From: Limisphaerales bacterium
GTDB taxonomy: Bacteria; Verrucomicrobiota; Verrucomicrobiia; Limisphaerales; CAZKNW01
Assembly: GCA_965658675.1 (NCBI GenBank)
Contig: CBFHTT010000013.1
Location: forward strand, 158,016-222,015
Length of the DNA: 64,000 nucleotides
Reading direction: 5' to 3'
The position numbers and the translations under genes were made by a program. The notes under the pieces are model-generated. The model did not search any database. It saw nothing but the letters and a program-made list of their open reading frames with translations, and was not told the DNA's origin. Position 1 is the stretch's first letter. Each line of letters starts with the position of its first letter. Positions 45,206-56,191 of the stretch are shown here, one piece after another.

Positions 45206-48200
45206 ATGGGTAATTCAGAGATTTTCGAATTGTTTGAGCAGGATAGGGCGGCCTGCTACGAAGCTTTGCTTGATGAGCGCATCGTTGTGATTGATGGAGC
45301 CATGGGGACAATGATCCAACGGCATAAGCTCGAGGAGAAGGACTTTCGGGGTGAGCGTTTCAAGGATTGGAAAACAGACGTAAAGGGAAACAACGATCTC
45401 CTGAATCTCACGAGGCCTGAGATCATCGAGGAGATTCATTTTCAATATTTGGAAGCCGGGGCGGATATCATTGAAACGAACACCTTCAACGCGCAGTTCC
45501 TTTCTTTGGCTGATTATGGGATGGAAGATCTGGCCTATGAGATCGCAATGGCTGGAGCGGAGGTCGCGCGAAGGGCAGCTGATCGATTCCTTAAATCACA
45601 GGATGAGAGAGTTTGTTTTGTTGCTGGAGCAATGGGGCCGACGAATAAGATGTCTTCCATATCGACTGATGAAAACGATGCCGCAGCGAGATCGACCCAC
45701 TATGATGACCTAGTCGCTGCTTATTATGAGCAGGCCAAGGGGATGGTCGATGGCGGTGTAGATATTCTGATCGTTGAAACGATCTTTGATACGCTAAATG
45801 CACGTGCTGCGTTCTTTGCCATCGAGAAGCTTTTTGATGAAATAGGAAGGCGACTTCCATTGATGGCTTCAGTGACTTTCATTCAGAAGGATGGGAATCG
45901 TGGAGTGACAGGGCAGACAGTTGAAGCATTCTGGAACTCCATTTCGCATGTGCCACTGGTGAGCGTTGGAATGAACTGCGCATTGGGCCCGAAGGAGATG
46001 CGCCCATTGATCGAGGAGCTTGCAAACGTTGCTTCAGTCCGAGTCAGTGTTTATCCAAACGCAGGATTGCCCAATCCACTTCTTCCGACTGGTTTCCCAG
46101 AGACCCCGGAGACGCTTGCACCCCAACTTAAGGAATGGGCAGGAAATGGATGGCTGAATCTTGTGGGTGGTTGTTGCGGGACGACTCCTGATCATACACG
46201 TGAAATTGCAAAAGCCGTTAAAGGACTGAAGCCCCGTGTCGTTCCCGAAAAGACCCCATGCTTGCGATTGAGTGGCTTGAGTGCACTGACGGTTAATGAG
46301 CTCAGTAATTTCGTAAATGTAGGAGAGCGGACCAATGTCACAGGTTCTCCCAGGTTCGCCAAGCTGATCAAGGCAGAGAATTATGATACCGCATTAAGTG
46401 TGGCTCGGCAGCAGGTTGAGAACGGGGCTCAGATCATCGATATTAACATGGATGAGGGCATGTTGGATTCAGAGAAGTGCATGACACATTTTCTGAACCT
46501 GATCGCGTCTGAGCCAGATATTGCAGAAGTCCCAGTGATGGTTGACAGCTCGAAGTGGTCAGTAATCGAAGCTGGTCTGAAGGTGCTCCAAGGAAAGGGC
46601 GTGGTAAACTCCATCAGTCTCAAAGAAGGTGAGGATAGGTTTCGTGAACAAGCGAGATTGATCCGCCGATACGGGGCTGCCGTTGTGGTGATGGCGTTTG
46701 ATGAACAAGGACAGGCGGATAACTTGGAACGCAGAAAAGAGATCTGTGGGCGTTCCTATCGGATCCTAACTGAAGAAGTCGGGTTTCCTCCTCAAGATAT
46801 CATTTTCGATCCGAACATTCTGACCGTAGCCACTGGAATGGATGAGCATAACAACTATGCTGTCGATTTCATTGAGGCTGTTCGATGGATCAAAGAAAAC
46901 CTGCCACATGCCTATGTAAGTGGAGGTGTAAGTAATATTTCGTTTTCGTTTCGAGGCAATAACGGTGTCCGTGAAGCGATGCACTCTGCGTTTCTTTATC
47001 ACGCTGTGAAGGCAGGGTTGGACATGGGGATTGTGAATGCCGGAATGCTCGGCGTTTATGAAGATATTCCCAAGGATCTGCTCGAGAGGGTAGAGGACGT
47101 GTTGCTGAATCGCAGGGATGACGCGACGGAGCGCTTGGTCACTTTTGCTGAAACAGTCAAACAGGACGGAAAGAAAGAGGCAGTCGTTCAAGAGTGGAGG
47201 TCATTGCCTGTTGAAGAGCGACTTTCGCATGCCTTGGTCAAAGGAATTGTCGATTTTATCGAAGAGGATACAGAAGAAACTCGGGCGAAATATGGACGCC
47301 CGATTTCGGTCATCGAAGGACCATTGATGGACGGCATGAATGTCGTGGGCGATCTGTTTGGCTCGGGAAAGATGTTTCTTCCGCAGGTTGTGAAGAGTGC
47401 TCGTGTGATGAAGAAGGCAGTGGCTTATCTCCAGCCTTTCATGGAAGCCGAGCAAGCAGAGACCGGTGCGGAGCCTCAGGGAAAGATCGTTATGGCGACA
47501 GTGAAGGGCGACGTTCATGACATTGGGAAGAACATTGTTGGTGTTGTCTTACGCTGTAATAACTACGAAGTGATCGACCTTGGCGTCATGTGTTCTTGCG
47601 ACAAGATTCTGGCAGCGGCGAAAGAGCATGGTGCTCATATCGTTGGACTCAGTGGTCTGATCACTCCGTCTCTGGACGAGATGATTCACGTAGCAAAGGA
47701 AATGGAACGACTTGGCTTCAAACAACCTTTGTTGATCGGTGGAGCCACCACAAGTAAGGCCCATACAGCAGTCAAGATTGCACAGCACTACAGCCAGCCA
47801 GTTGTTCATGTGCTGGATGCATCAAGGGCTGTTCCCGTAGTTGGTAGTCTTCTGAGTAACGACCAGAAGGAGCCCTTTGTTGCAAAGTTGGAAGAGGAAT
47901 ATGAAGGCGTCCGGAAATTGCATGCCAATCGTCAAAGCAAGCCACTGGTTAAGATCGATGCTGCTCGTGAACAAGGGATTAATCTTGATTGGTCGGGCTA
48001 TCAGCCGCCGAAGCCTACATTCTTGGGAACAAAAGTAGTCAGCTCTAATCCAGAAGACGGAGAGGAGAAGGTTACTCTTTATGAGTTGGTCGATTACATT
48101 GATTGGACTCCGTTCTTTCATTCATGGGAGCTGCGGGGGCGTTATCCTGCCATTCTGAAGCATCCGAAATATGGTGACGAAGCGAAGAAACTCTATGGGG

Positions 48201-48937
48201 AGGCGCGTGAAACACTTCAGGAGATCTGCGAGAAACAACTGTTTGGTCTGAAGGGTATTTATGGATTCTATCCAGCCCGGCGTGAAGGAGATGATGTCAT
48301 TCTCTATACCGATGATGACCGTAAGAAAGAAAGGACAAGGTTCCATTTCTTGCGACAGCAATCGGAAAAGGACACAGGGAAGCCTTACATGAGTCTCTGT
48401 GATTTCGTGTCTCCTCATGAATCAGCTCCTGATTATGTCGGTGGATTTGCAGTAACCTCAGGGCACGGAATGAAGGAACTCGTGGATGGCTTTAAAGCAG
48501 CTGGAGACGACTATAAAGCCATCATGTATGAAGCATTGGCTGATCGCCTTGCTGAAGCCTTTGCCGAGTACTTGCACAAGAAATCACGCATTGACTGGGC
48601 TTATGGGAAGGACGAATCACTGTCGAACGACGATATGATAGCCGAGAAGTATCAAGGCATTCGTCCTGCAGCTGGCTACCCAGCGTGCCCCGATCACACG
48701 GAGAAAGGAACACTTTGGGAGCTGCTTGATGCAAAGGAACTTACCGGGATCGAGCTTACCGAAAGTTATGCCATGTGGCCGGCAAGCAGTGTCAGTGGCC
48801 TCTACTTCTCCCATCCTGAATCCAAATACTTTGCAGTTGGCCAACTAGCCAAGGATCAGGTTGAAGACTATGCCGGGCGCAAGGGAATGACCGTCGAGGA
48901 TGCAGAGCGTTGGCTGGCGCCATATCTGAACTACTGA
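45206..48937 (+). CDS. metH: Cobalamin-dependent methionine synthase
   Basis: [42 protein letters not shown] (B12 binding), [12 protein letters not shown]. Start 45206 (alternative 45164). Confidence 0.97.
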   Translation: MGNSEIFELFEQDRAACYEALLDERIVVIDGAMGTMIQRHKLEEKDFRGERFKDWKTDVKGNNDLLNLTRPEIIEEIHFQYLEAGADIIETNTFNAQFLSLADYGMEDLAYEIAMAGAEVARRAADRFLKSQDERVCFVAGAMGPTNKMSSISTDENDAAARSTHYDDLVAAYYEQAKGMVDGGVDILIVETIFDTLNARAAFFAIEKLFDEIGRRLPLMASVTFIQKDGNRGVTGQTVEAFWNSISHVPLVSVGMNCALGPKEMRPLIEELANVASVRVSVYPNAGLPNPLLPTGFPETPETLAPQLKEWAGNGWLNLVGGCCGTTPDHTREIAKAVKGLKPRVVPEKTPCLRLSGLSALTVNELSNFVNVGERTNVTGSPRFAKLIKAENYDTALSVARQQVENGAQIIDINMDEGMLDSEKCMTHFLNLIASEPDIAEVPVMVDSSKWSVIEAGLKVLQGKGVVNSISLKEGEDRFREQARLIRRYGAAVVVMAFDEQGQADNLERRKEICGRSYRILTEEVGFPPQDIIFDPNILTVATGMDEHNNYAVDFIEAVRWIKENLPHAYVSGGVSNISFSFRGNNGVREAMHSAFLYHAVKAGLDMGIVNAGMLGVYEDIPKDLLERVEDVLLNRRDDATERLVTFAETVKQDGKKEAVVQEWRSLPVEERLSHALVKGIVDFIEEDTEETRAKYGRPISVIEGPLMDGMNVVGDLFGSGKMFLPQVVKSARVMKKAVAYLQPFMEAEQAETGAEPQGKIVMATVKGDVHDIGKNIVGVVLRCNNYEVIDLGVMCSCDKILAAAKEHGAHIVGLSGLITPSLDEMIHVAKEMERLGFKQPLLIGGATTSKAHTAVKIAQHYSQPVVHVLDASRAVPVVGSLLSNDQKEPFVAKLEEEYEGVRKLHANRQSKPLVKIDAAREQGINLDWSGYQPPKPTFLGTKVVSSNPEDGEEKVTLYELVDYIDWTPFFHSWELRGRYPAILKHPKYGDEAKKLYGEARETLQEICEKQLFGLKGIYGFYPARREGDDVILYTDDDRKKERTRFHFLRQQSEKDTGKPYMSLCDFVSPHESAPDYVGGFAVTSGHGMKELVDGFKAAGDDYKAIMYEALADRLAEAFAEYLHKKSRIDWAYGKDESLSNDDMIAEKYQGIRPAAGYPACPDHTEKGTLWELLDAKELTGIELTESYAMWPASSVSGLYFSHPESKYFAVGQLAKDQVEDYAGRKGMTVEDAERWLAPYLNY

Positions 48938-48956
48938 GTTCTTTAGGAATCTTCCC

Positions 48957-49439
48957 TTATCCCTTCAATTTTTTGAGGGTGTTGGTGGTCGATCGTCCTT
49001 TGAGTTCGGGGAGGATGTGGATGATTCCTCCAAACGATTCGATTATTTTGCGCTCTTCTTGATTGATGGTGTCGATGGTGTAGTCACCGCCTTTGACGTA
49101 AATGTCCGGTTGGGCAAGTTCGAGAAAGGCTACTGCGTTCACACTATCGAAGACGCAAACGGCTCCCACTGATTCCAATGCAGCGATGACTGTGGCTCGA
49201 TCGCCTTCATCATTTATTGGGCGGGTTGGGCCCTTGAGTTCTTGAACTGAACGATCGCTGTTCAGTCCCACCAAAAGGACGTCTCCTTCGCTTGCTGCTT
49301 GATCCAGATAGGTGACGTGTCCTGCGTGCAAGATGTCGAAACAACCGTTGGTCGCAACGAGCTTCTTACCTTCCGTTCGCAACTTCTGTCGCCATTCAGA
49401 AAGTGTTTCGGGGGAAAGGATTTTATCGTTGAGGGGCAT
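48957..49439 (-). CDS. D-glycero-manno-heptose-1-phosphate adenylyltransferase (RfaE domain II / HldC-like)
   Basis: TNGCFDILHAGHV.YL, VGLNSD.SV..LKG..RP, VKGGDY, STT. Confidence 0.9.
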   Translation of the reverse strand: MPLNDKILSPETLSEWRQKLRTEGKKLVATNGCFDILHAGHVTYLDQAASEGDVLLVGLNSDRSVQELKGPTRPINDEGDRATVIAALESVGAVCVFDSVNAVAFLELAQPDIYVKGGDYTIDTINQEERKIIESFGGIIHILPELKGRSTTNTLKKLKG

Positions 49440-49451
49440 GACTAGAGTGGG

Positions 49452-50174
49452 TTAACCCAACCAGAGATTTGCAAATAGAGGCGCTACCAGAAGGGATGGC
49501 AAATAGTCTGAAACCGGGACTTTTCCGATATTCATGATGATCAGTGGAAGTGTCATAACAATCATGCCTCCGGTGACGCCAATGGAGGCAATCATTGGTG
49601 GAGAAAGGCTTCCTGAAAGTGCTGCAGCTGCGAGTGTCAGAGTACCCTGATAAATCCCTACCGGAATCGCTGAGAGGATAACCCCGATCCCGAAGGTCGA
49701 AGCAAAGGCCATGGCAGCGAGACCGTCCATGGATGCTTTGACGGCAAGCACTGTGAAGTTACCTGATACGCCGTCTTCCAAAGCACCTAAGATGGCCATG
49801 GGGCCTACACAGAAAAGGAGTGTAGCAGTAATGAAGCCTTCGCTGAAGTTCTTGTTCTTGGACTTTACGGCTTCGGCAAAACGATCTGTGGCAGCTATGC
49901 CGGCCTTGTTGAGATGTTTCTGTATTCCGATCAGCTTTCCAATGGCATTTCCTATGATCAGTGAAAGCATGGAGATACCGATTACGGCGAAATATCTGTC
50001 TGTTTCTTTGATGCCGGACCAGATCATGGATATGGCTACCAGAAACGTCACCAATCCCAGAAAGTTGCGTATTCCCATCTGCGCCTTTTCTGAAATCAGT
50101 TTTCCAGCGAAAAGCCCGAGCAGGCTTCCGGCTATGATGGCAATGACATTGATGATGGTTCCAAGTGCGATCAT
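49452..50174 (-). CDS. DUF554 family membrane protein
   Basis: GTIIN..AII.GS, EGFITATLLFCVGPMAILG...G, K..MDG, QG.LT. Confidence 0.9.
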   Translation of the reverse strand: MIALGTIINVIAIIAGSLLGLFAGKLISEKAQMGIRNFLGLVTFLVAISMIWSGIKETDRYFAVIGISMLSLIIGNAIGKLIGIQKHLNKAGIAATDRFAEAVKSKNKNFSEGFITATLLFCVGPMAILGALEDGVSGNFTVLAVKASMDGLAAMAFASTFGIGVILSAIPVGIYQGTLTLAAAALSGSLSPPMIASIGVTGGMIVMTLPLIIMNIGKVPVSDYLPSLLVAPLFANLWLG

Positions 50175-50299
50175 CCGCGCAGGAAGGTGCATGTCCGGAA
50201 CCTTGCTGGCAACCATCGATCGCTTGATTGCCTATGGACGAGCTGTGCCTGTTCTGATTTTTCTCGTCTCAAGTCGGTAGCCCATGGAGACTCACGCCC

Positions 50300-51082
50300 G
50301 TGAGCGTGACCAAGATCACCGTCAAAGATATTGCCAAATTCAAGGGCAGACAGGGTAGCCTGGCAGCATTGACTGCGTATGATTACCCGACTGCCCGTAT
50401 TATTGATACCGCCGGGATTCCACTGATTCTGGTAGGTGATTCTCTTGGGATGGTGGTGTTGGGCTATGAGGATACGACAGAGGTGACCATGGATGACATG
50501 ATCCATCATCTGAAGGCCGTAAAGAGAGCGAGACCTAAAGCCTTGCTTGTGGCGGATCTGCCCTATGGGACTTTTGGTAATCCTGAAGCCGCAATCGAGA
50601 ATTCCAAAAGGCTCGTTGATGCTGGCGCTGAAGCCGTGAAGGCGGAAGGGGGATTGATCATCTCTGATACAGTTAGGGCAATCGTGAATGCTGGTATTCC
50701 TTTCCTGGGTCATTTGGGAATGTTGCCTCAGAGCGTGAAGGAGACAGGGGGCTACAGGATTCACGGTAAGACAGATGAGGAACATTCTCGTTTGCTTGAG
50801 GATGCCGATGCGTTGGTCGAGGCGGGCGCATTTGCTGTCGTCTTGGAGCTCGTTAAGCCCGATGTGGCGCAGGACATCACAAAGAGGATACCAATTCCAA
50901 CAATTGGGATTGGAGCAGGTCCATCGTGCGATGGTCAGATATTGGTTACACCCGATCTTGTAAGATTGGCTGTTGGGCCTGTGCCGAAGCATGTGAATCC
51001 GAAGGCTGATTTTGCGAGTGATCTTGGGCGATCAGTCAACGCCTGGATGGAGGAAATCAAGGGAGGACAAAAATCGGAATGA
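50300..51082 (+). CDS. panB: 3-methyl-2-oxobutanoate hydroxymethyltransferase
   Basis: LTAYDY, LVGDSLGMVVLG, AVKAEGG, GHLG..PQ, PTIGIGAG..CDGQILV. Confidence 0.96.
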   Translation: MSVTKITVKDIAKFKGRQGSLAALTAYDYPTARIIDTAGIPLILVGDSLGMVVLGYEDTTEVTMDDMIHHLKAVKRARPKALLVADLPYGTFGNPEAAIENSKRLVDAGAEAVKAEGGLIISDTVRAIVNAGIPFLGHLGMLPQSVKETGGYRIHGKTDEEHSRLLEDADALVEAGAFAVVLELVKPDVAQDITKRIPIPTIGIGAGPSCDGQILVTPDLVRLAVGPVPKHVNPKADFASDLGRSVNAWMEEIKGGQKSE

Positions 51083-51552
51083 GCGAATCTGAGGGAACGC
51101 GCCTGACGCATCTGTCTCAAAGTGGCGAGGCATCCATGGTGAACGTGGCTAACAAGACTCCGCAACTTCGAGAGGCGGTTGCTCGGGGAGTGATTCACAT
51201 GAACTCGAAGACTTTGGATCTTATTGAATCCAATAGTGTGGCGAAGGGAAATGTTCTGGCTACCGCGAGATTGGCCGGGATCATGGCTGCCAAGAAGACA
51301 GGGGATTTGATCCCTCTCTGTCATCCTCTTCCCATCAATCACGCTGGGATTGATTTTGAGATTCCTTCTAGTCGTGACCGGATAGAGATTTCAGGAACAG
51401 CAGGGATCGTGGCAAGAACGGGAGTCGAAATGGAGGCACTTACCGCAGTAAGTATCGCTGCGTTGACAATCTATGACATGTGCAAGGCGGTCGATAAATC
51501 CATGCGCATTGATCAGGTCGAGTTGGTATCCAAAACCAAGAAGGATCTTTAG
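51079..51552 (+). CDS. moaC: Cyclic pyranopterin monophosphate synthase
   Basis: LTH....G.ASMV.V, AGIMAAKKT..LIPLCH, TGVEMEALT, YDMCKAVD. Confidence 0.96.
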   Translation: MSESEGTRLTHLSQSGEASMVNVANKTPQLREAVARGVIHMNSKTLDLIESNSVAKGNVLATARLAGIMAAKKTGDLIPLCHPLPINHAGIDFEIPSSRDRIEISGTAGIVARTGVEMEALTAVSIAALTIYDMCKAVDKSMRIDQVELVSKTKKDL

Positions 51553-52763
51553 CTGGCGTTACGACGATACTGGGCAGGTGTCATTCCTTGATGCTTACGG
51601 AAAACAACGCCCATGTATTCCTGATGTTTGAATCCAGCACGTTCGGCAATGTCTATCAACGTGAGATCCGTTTCCGCCAGTAACTGGCATGCACGTTTCA
51701 GCCTCACGTTGATGATCTCCTGATGAACCGTATGATCCAGCATTCGACGAAAGCGCCTTTGAAGGACGCTTCTGGAAAGTCCACAATGCCTAGCGACATC
51801 ATCTACGGAGATTTCTGTGCACCCCATTTCACGGATCAACTGAAGCGCTTTTGATATGTTGGGATCTTCGATGGCGAGAACGTCAGTGGAATGCCTGGCC
51901 ATCACACCAACAGGTGGAACTAGAATGGTATGTGGTGGAGGCTTGTCTCCTTGGATCAATCTCTCGAGCAAAGCAGCCGCCTCGTAGCCCACTCTAGAAT
52001 GTCCGGGCTTGATGCTGGATAGCGGTGGAGTGCTTACTTCGCAGAGGGCATCATCATCATCTACTCCGATGACGGCGACTTCATCTGGGACGGTGACTGC
52101 AGCGCGACGGGTTGCTTCCAACACATCCAGTCCGCGTTGATCGCTGCAGACCATTATACCGAGAGGTTTCGGAAGTTTCTTTATCCATTTTGCCAAGTGA
52201 TTCTCCTGCTTCTCCCATGCCGCGGTATGGCGTTCCAGTTCGTGGATTTGACAACGAAAGCCAGCTTGCGCCAGATAGGTCTGGAAGTAGTCACGTCTTA
52301 GTTCACTCCAGTTCTCTCCTTTGATTCCCACATAGGCGAAATGCCTGAACCCTCGTTCGGTCAGGTGGCGTGCGCCCATGTGGGCGACTTCTCGATCGTC
52401 TACATGAACCAAGGGAATACCGGTATCAGGCACAATACCCAGGACATCCACGACGGGAATACCTGTCTTCTTGATCGCGCGAACCATTTCCTGATTCTGA
52501 ATACGTGCTACAATCCCTTCGCCCTTCCATGATTTGAGCCAAGTTGGGACCTTGTCTTCCAGGGATCTGGGTTCATGAAAAACACCCCAGCGTTCGTGTT
52601 CTCTCATGTAGCTGGCAATTCCTTTTAGAATGTCCCGTCCCGATGCCAATGACGTCTCAACAAGTAGAGCCACATGAGGTCGGTCATTGGTGACCGGTTT
52701 TCTATGACCGATTTTTGTCTCGGCGCTGGATTTAGGGGGCGTCTTTTTCTTCGATGCTTTCAT
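51549..52763 (-). CDS. XylR-type regulator (periplasmic-binding-like domain + AraC HTH)
   Basis: VALLVETS...GR.IL.GI, RGFRHFAY, LPKPLGI, VPDEVAVIGVD, PPLSS, C-terminal AraC HTH. Confidence 0.9.
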   Translation of the reverse strand: MKASKKKTPPKSSAETKIGHRKPVTNDRPHVALLVETSLASGRDILKGIASYMREHERWGVFHEPRSLEDKVPTWLKSWKGEGIVARIQNQEMVRAIKKTGIPVVDVLGIVPDTGIPLVHVDDREVAHMGARHLTERGFRHFAYVGIKGENWSELRRDYFQTYLAQAGFRCQIHELERHTAAWEKQENHLAKWIKKLPKPLGIMVCSDQRGLDVLEATRRAAVTVPDEVAVIGVDDDDALCEVSTPPLSSIKPGHSRVGYEAAALLERLIQGDKPPPHTILVPPVGVMARHSTDVLAIEDPNISKALQLIREMGCTEISVDDVARHCGLSRSVLQRRFRRMLDHTVHQEIINVRLKRACQLLAETDLTLIDIAERAGFKHQEYMGVVFRKHQGMTPAQYRRNAS

Positions 52764-52962
52764 TGCCTTCTGCAGATTGACTCGAAAACATGGGAAATCG
52801 AATCATGTTGTAGAGATTCGGTATTCTTTATGGAGTAAAAGGAGATTCGTCACCATGTTTCTAGCATTGTGACCCAAATACTCCAAATGATGACCAGAAG
52901 GGCTGCTGTCACAGCGGGGATCAGCGTGCCTAAGCTAGAGCCGAATTCGATTCAATGAGTCT

Positions 52963-54153
52963 GTGAATAGTTCACCACAAATTGGCAAAAATGCCCTCGT
53001 GAGTGCTGCGTGCGAAGCGTTTCGTGAGCGTTTCGATCAGGAACCTGAATTGGTAGCCTTGGCGCCAGGAAGGGTCAATCTGATCGGAGAGCATATCGAT
53101 TACAACGATGGCTTCGTGCTACCGATGGCGATCGAACGCTGGACAGCCGTGGCTGGACGAAAAGCGTCTGGTTCAAAAGGAGTTGTGCGCAGCGTTTCAG
53201 TGAATGATGAGGTTGAGTTCGATCTATCTGATCCCATTGGGCCTGGCAGAGCAGCATGGCCAAACTATGTGCTCGGTGTGATTAGTGGTTTTCAAGAACT
53301 CGGTTGTCAGGACGCGTTTGAAGCGGTCCTGCTGTCGACCGTTCCCCTTGGCGTTGGTTTGTCCAGTAGTGCTTCGTTGGAAGTTGCGTTGGCTACCTTC
53401 ATTGATGCATTGGGCGCCTCTGGTTTGGATCCACAGGAAAAGGCTTTGTTGTGTCAAAGGGCTGAACATGAATTTGCGGGAGTGCCCTGTGGTGTGATGG
53501 ATCAGTTCACTTCTTCAATGGCGTTGCAGGATCATTTGATGTTGCTCGATTGTCAGAACCTGAAGGTAAGGCAAGTGCCATTCAATGGAACTGATCTCGC
53601 TGTGCTGATCACAAACACGAAAGTCCGACACGAATTGAATGACGGGGAGTATGCGTTAAGGAGAAGACAGTGTGATACAGCTCTATCCAAAATGAGCAAG
53701 GCCTCTTACCGCGATGTAGGCCAAGGATTACTCGAAGGACATAAGAGCCATTTTTCAGAACTTGAGAACAAGAGAGCAAAACACGTTGTAGCGGAGATTG
53801 CGCGGACATTGGAGGCCGCTGAAAAGGTCGAAGATCAAGACTGGGCGAGATTTGGAGAGCTGATGTATGAGAGCCATTTCTCATTGCGTGATGATTTTCA
53901 GGTGAGTTGCCGGGAGTTGGATATCCTCGTGGACTTCCATCAGGTGATGGGAAGAGAAGGCGGCGTTTACGGATGTAGAATGACAGGAGGTGGATTTGGT
54001 GGGAGCACGGTGTCTTTGGTTGATTCCCGAAGGATTGAGGAAATCAAGATGAGGCTAAGAATCCACTATCTGGCTGAGGCTGGAATCGAACCAGAGTTTT
54101 ATGTGAGTCGGGCCGCTGCTGGAGGGCATGTGGTGGAGGATAACGAATTGTGA
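52963..54153 (+). CDS. galK: Galactokinase
   Basis: APGRVNLIGEHIDYNDGFVLPMAI, P.G.GLSSSASLE, CGVMDQ, RMTGGGFGG. Confidence 0.95.
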   Translation: MNSSPQIGKNALVSAACEAFRERFDQEPELVALAPGRVNLIGEHIDYNDGFVLPMAIERWTAVAGRKASGSKGVVRSVSVNDEVEFDLSDPIGPGRAAWPNYVLGVISGFQELGCQDAFEAVLLSTVPLGVGLSSSASLEVALATFIDALGASGLDPQEKALLCQRAEHEFAGVPCGVMDQFTSSMALQDHLMLLDCQNLKVRQVPFNGTDLAVLITNTKVRHELNDGEYALRRRQCDTALSKMSKASYRDVGQGLLEGHKSHFSELENKRAKHVVAEIARTLEAAEKVEDQDWARFGELMYESHFSLRDDFQVSCRELDILVDFHQVMGREGGVYGCRMTGGGFGGSTVSLVDSRRIEEIKMRLRIHYLAEAGIEPEFYVSRAAAGGHVVEDNEL

Positions 54154-54156
54154 ACG

Positions 54157-54192
54157 CCAAGAGCGGCTCGCTCTAAGTGGGACGGCTCTTGG
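54157..54192 (+). terminator. Stem-loop after galK (possible terminator)
   Basis: CCAAGAGC...GCTCTTGG outer stem with an inner CTCGCT/AGTGGG stem; weak U tract. Confidence 0.4.
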
Positions 54193-54281
54193 ATTTGAAG
54201 ATTTCGGGACAAATGGGGTGAATCTTCTGCTTTTCTTCCCAGTGTTGCTCACGTAGGTTTCGCGCCTGTTTTTTTAGGGAT

Positions 54282-55646
54282 ATGTCCAGTGTTTACATAA
54301 AAACCTACGGTTGTCAGATGAATGAGCGCGATTCGGAAGCGGTTGCTGCTCAATTGGTTGCCAAAGGATATGCGATGGCGGCGTCGGAATCGGCGGCCGA
54401 CGTGGTGTTGATCAATACCTGCAGTGTTCGCGATTCCGCTGAACAGAAGGCGATCAACAAGATGCAAAATCTGGCTGCTCAATTCCGAAGAAGTAAGCCA
54501 AATACGGTCTTGGGCTTTATGGGGTGTATGGCTCAGAGCCGGGGCAAGGAACTCATCGACAAACTTCCTGATGTGGATCTTGTTCTTGGAACGCAGAAAT
54601 TTCATCGCACGGCAGATTACCTTGATGACCTCATCAATGGTCGTGAGAAGAAGATCGTTGATACAGAGGCTGAAAAGGGAAGTGAAGGTACGATCCGTGA
54701 ACATCTGAATGCCGCTGATGGTGATTCAAAAGCAGTGACCGCTTTTGTAAGTATTATGCAGGGCTGCAATCAGTACTGCACCTTCTGCATTGTACCTTAC
54801 ACACGAGGTAAAGAGCGCTGCCGTTCGATCGAGGACATCGTTTCTGAGTGTCGCGATCTGGTCGGAAAAGGAGTTAGGGAAATCACTCTCTTGGGGCAGA
54901 TCGTTAACAGCTACGGCAAGCGTGATTACCCACTTAAGGACGGGAAGTCTGCATTTGTTCAATTGCTGGAGGCTGTTCACGAAATTGAAGGTTTACAACG
55001 GATTCGGTTTACCTCCCCTCATCCCAAGGGATATGGAGACGATCTGATTGAAGCATACGGACGCCTGCCCAAACTTTGCGAACATGCGCATCTTCCTGTT
55101 CAGAGCGGAAGCAATCGAGTCCTGAAACTCATGCATCGTGTCTACACCCGGGAGAAGTTCCTCGGGATTGTGGAGAAGTTGCGGAAGAGTGCTCCTGAGA
55201 TCGGGGTTGGAACTGATATCATTGTCGGCTTTCCCGGTGAAACGGATGAAGATTTCGAACAGACCTATAGTCTCGTTCAAGAAGCCGCGTTCGATCAGGC
55301 GTTCATTTTTAAATACTCCCAACGCCGAGGAACGCCCGCGTCAGATATGCCGGACCAGCTTCCCCAAGAGGTCATTGATGAGCGTCACACCCGTCTGCTT
55401 GACCTGATGAATGAGCAGGGGAAGAAGCGCTATCAAGATTGTGTAGGTAAGACTTATCAAGTGCTGGTGGAAGGGCCGAGCAAGAGGAACGCTGAAAGAC
55501 TCAGTGGTCGAACCCGCTGTAATAAGATCGTGGTCTTCGAAGGTAACGAACGCCAGATTGGACAGTTGATCGATTTGAAGATTGAACGTGCAGGTTCGTT
55601 TACCCTTTACGGTGATCCTGCCATTGTGAACATGGAATCAGAATGA
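54282..55646 (+). CDS. miaB: tRNA-i6A37 methylthiotransferase
   Basis: TYGCQMNERDSE, NTCSVR..AEQK, GCMAQ, GCNQYCTFCIVPYTRG, RFTSPHP, TRAM domain. Confidence 0.96.
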   Translation: MSSVYIKTYGCQMNERDSEAVAAQLVAKGYAMAASESAADVVLINTCSVRDSAEQKAINKMQNLAAQFRRSKPNTVLGFMGCMAQSRGKELIDKLPDVDLVLGTQKFHRTADYLDDLINGREKKIVDTEAEKGSEGTIREHLNAADGDSKAVTAFVSIMQGCNQYCTFCIVPYTRGKERCRSIEDIVSECRDLVGKGVREITLLGQIVNSYGKRDYPLKDGKSAFVQLLEAVHEIEGLQRIRFTSPHPKGYGDDLIEAYGRLPKLCEHAHLPVQSGSNRVLKLMHRVYTREKFLGIVEKLRKSAPEIGVGTDIIVGFPGETDEDFEQTYSLVQEAAFDQAFIFKYSQRRGTPASDMPDQLPQEVIDERHTRLLDLMNEQGKKRYQDCVGKTYQVLVEGPSKRNAERLSGRTRCNKIVVFEGNERQIGQLIDLKIERAGSFTLYGDPAIVNMESE

Positions 55647-56182
55647 GTCTTTCTCTCCTTTCCATCATTCTTGGAGTGCTTGCCCTCGGGGGCGGAGTCT
55701 ACGGTCTGGTGAATCCCGAAGTAGCCAGAAAATGGGCGGATGGCTTTTCCAGAAATGTTGTGATTGGTTACGTGCTGACGCTTCTTGCTACTGGATGGTT
55801 TGTTTACAACGTCAGCCTCGAGAACATCGCAGATTTTGCACCATACAAGAAACACATGATGATTGGGTTTGCTGCTCTTGGAGTCGCGACCTGCCTTTAC
55901 GTGAAAGATTTTTTGGCCGTGAGAGGATTGTCTGTTCTTTTGCTTCTGACTGCAAAGCTGATGGTTGATACCGCCCGTTGGCATGACTCAGAGTTGCGAC
56001 TCTTTGTAATTGCTTTGGCCTATGCATGGGTGATCGCTGGGATGTGGCTGGCGATTTCTCCATGGCGCATGCGAGATTGGATTTCTTGGGCTACCAAAGA
56101 AGAAAAACGATTCAGAATACTCAACGGGATCAAGGCCGGTTTCGGCGGGGTCTTGGTCTTGCTCGGTCTGTTCGTCTTTTAG
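55643..56182 (+). CDS. Hypothetical integral membrane protein (5-6 TM)
   Basis: Hydrophobic ORF coupled to miaB by an ATGA overlap; DFLAVRGL and PWRMRDWI. Confidence 0.75.
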   Translation: MSLSLLSIILGVLALGGGVYGLVNPEVARKWADGFSRNVVIGYVLTLLATGWFVYNVSLENIADFAPYKKHMMIGFAALGVATCLYVKDFLAVRGLSVLLLLTAKLMVDTARWHDSELRLFVIALAYAWVIAGMWLAISPWRMRDWISWATKEEKRFRILNGIKAGFGGVLVLLGLFVF

Positions 56183-56191
56183 GTGTTTCTC

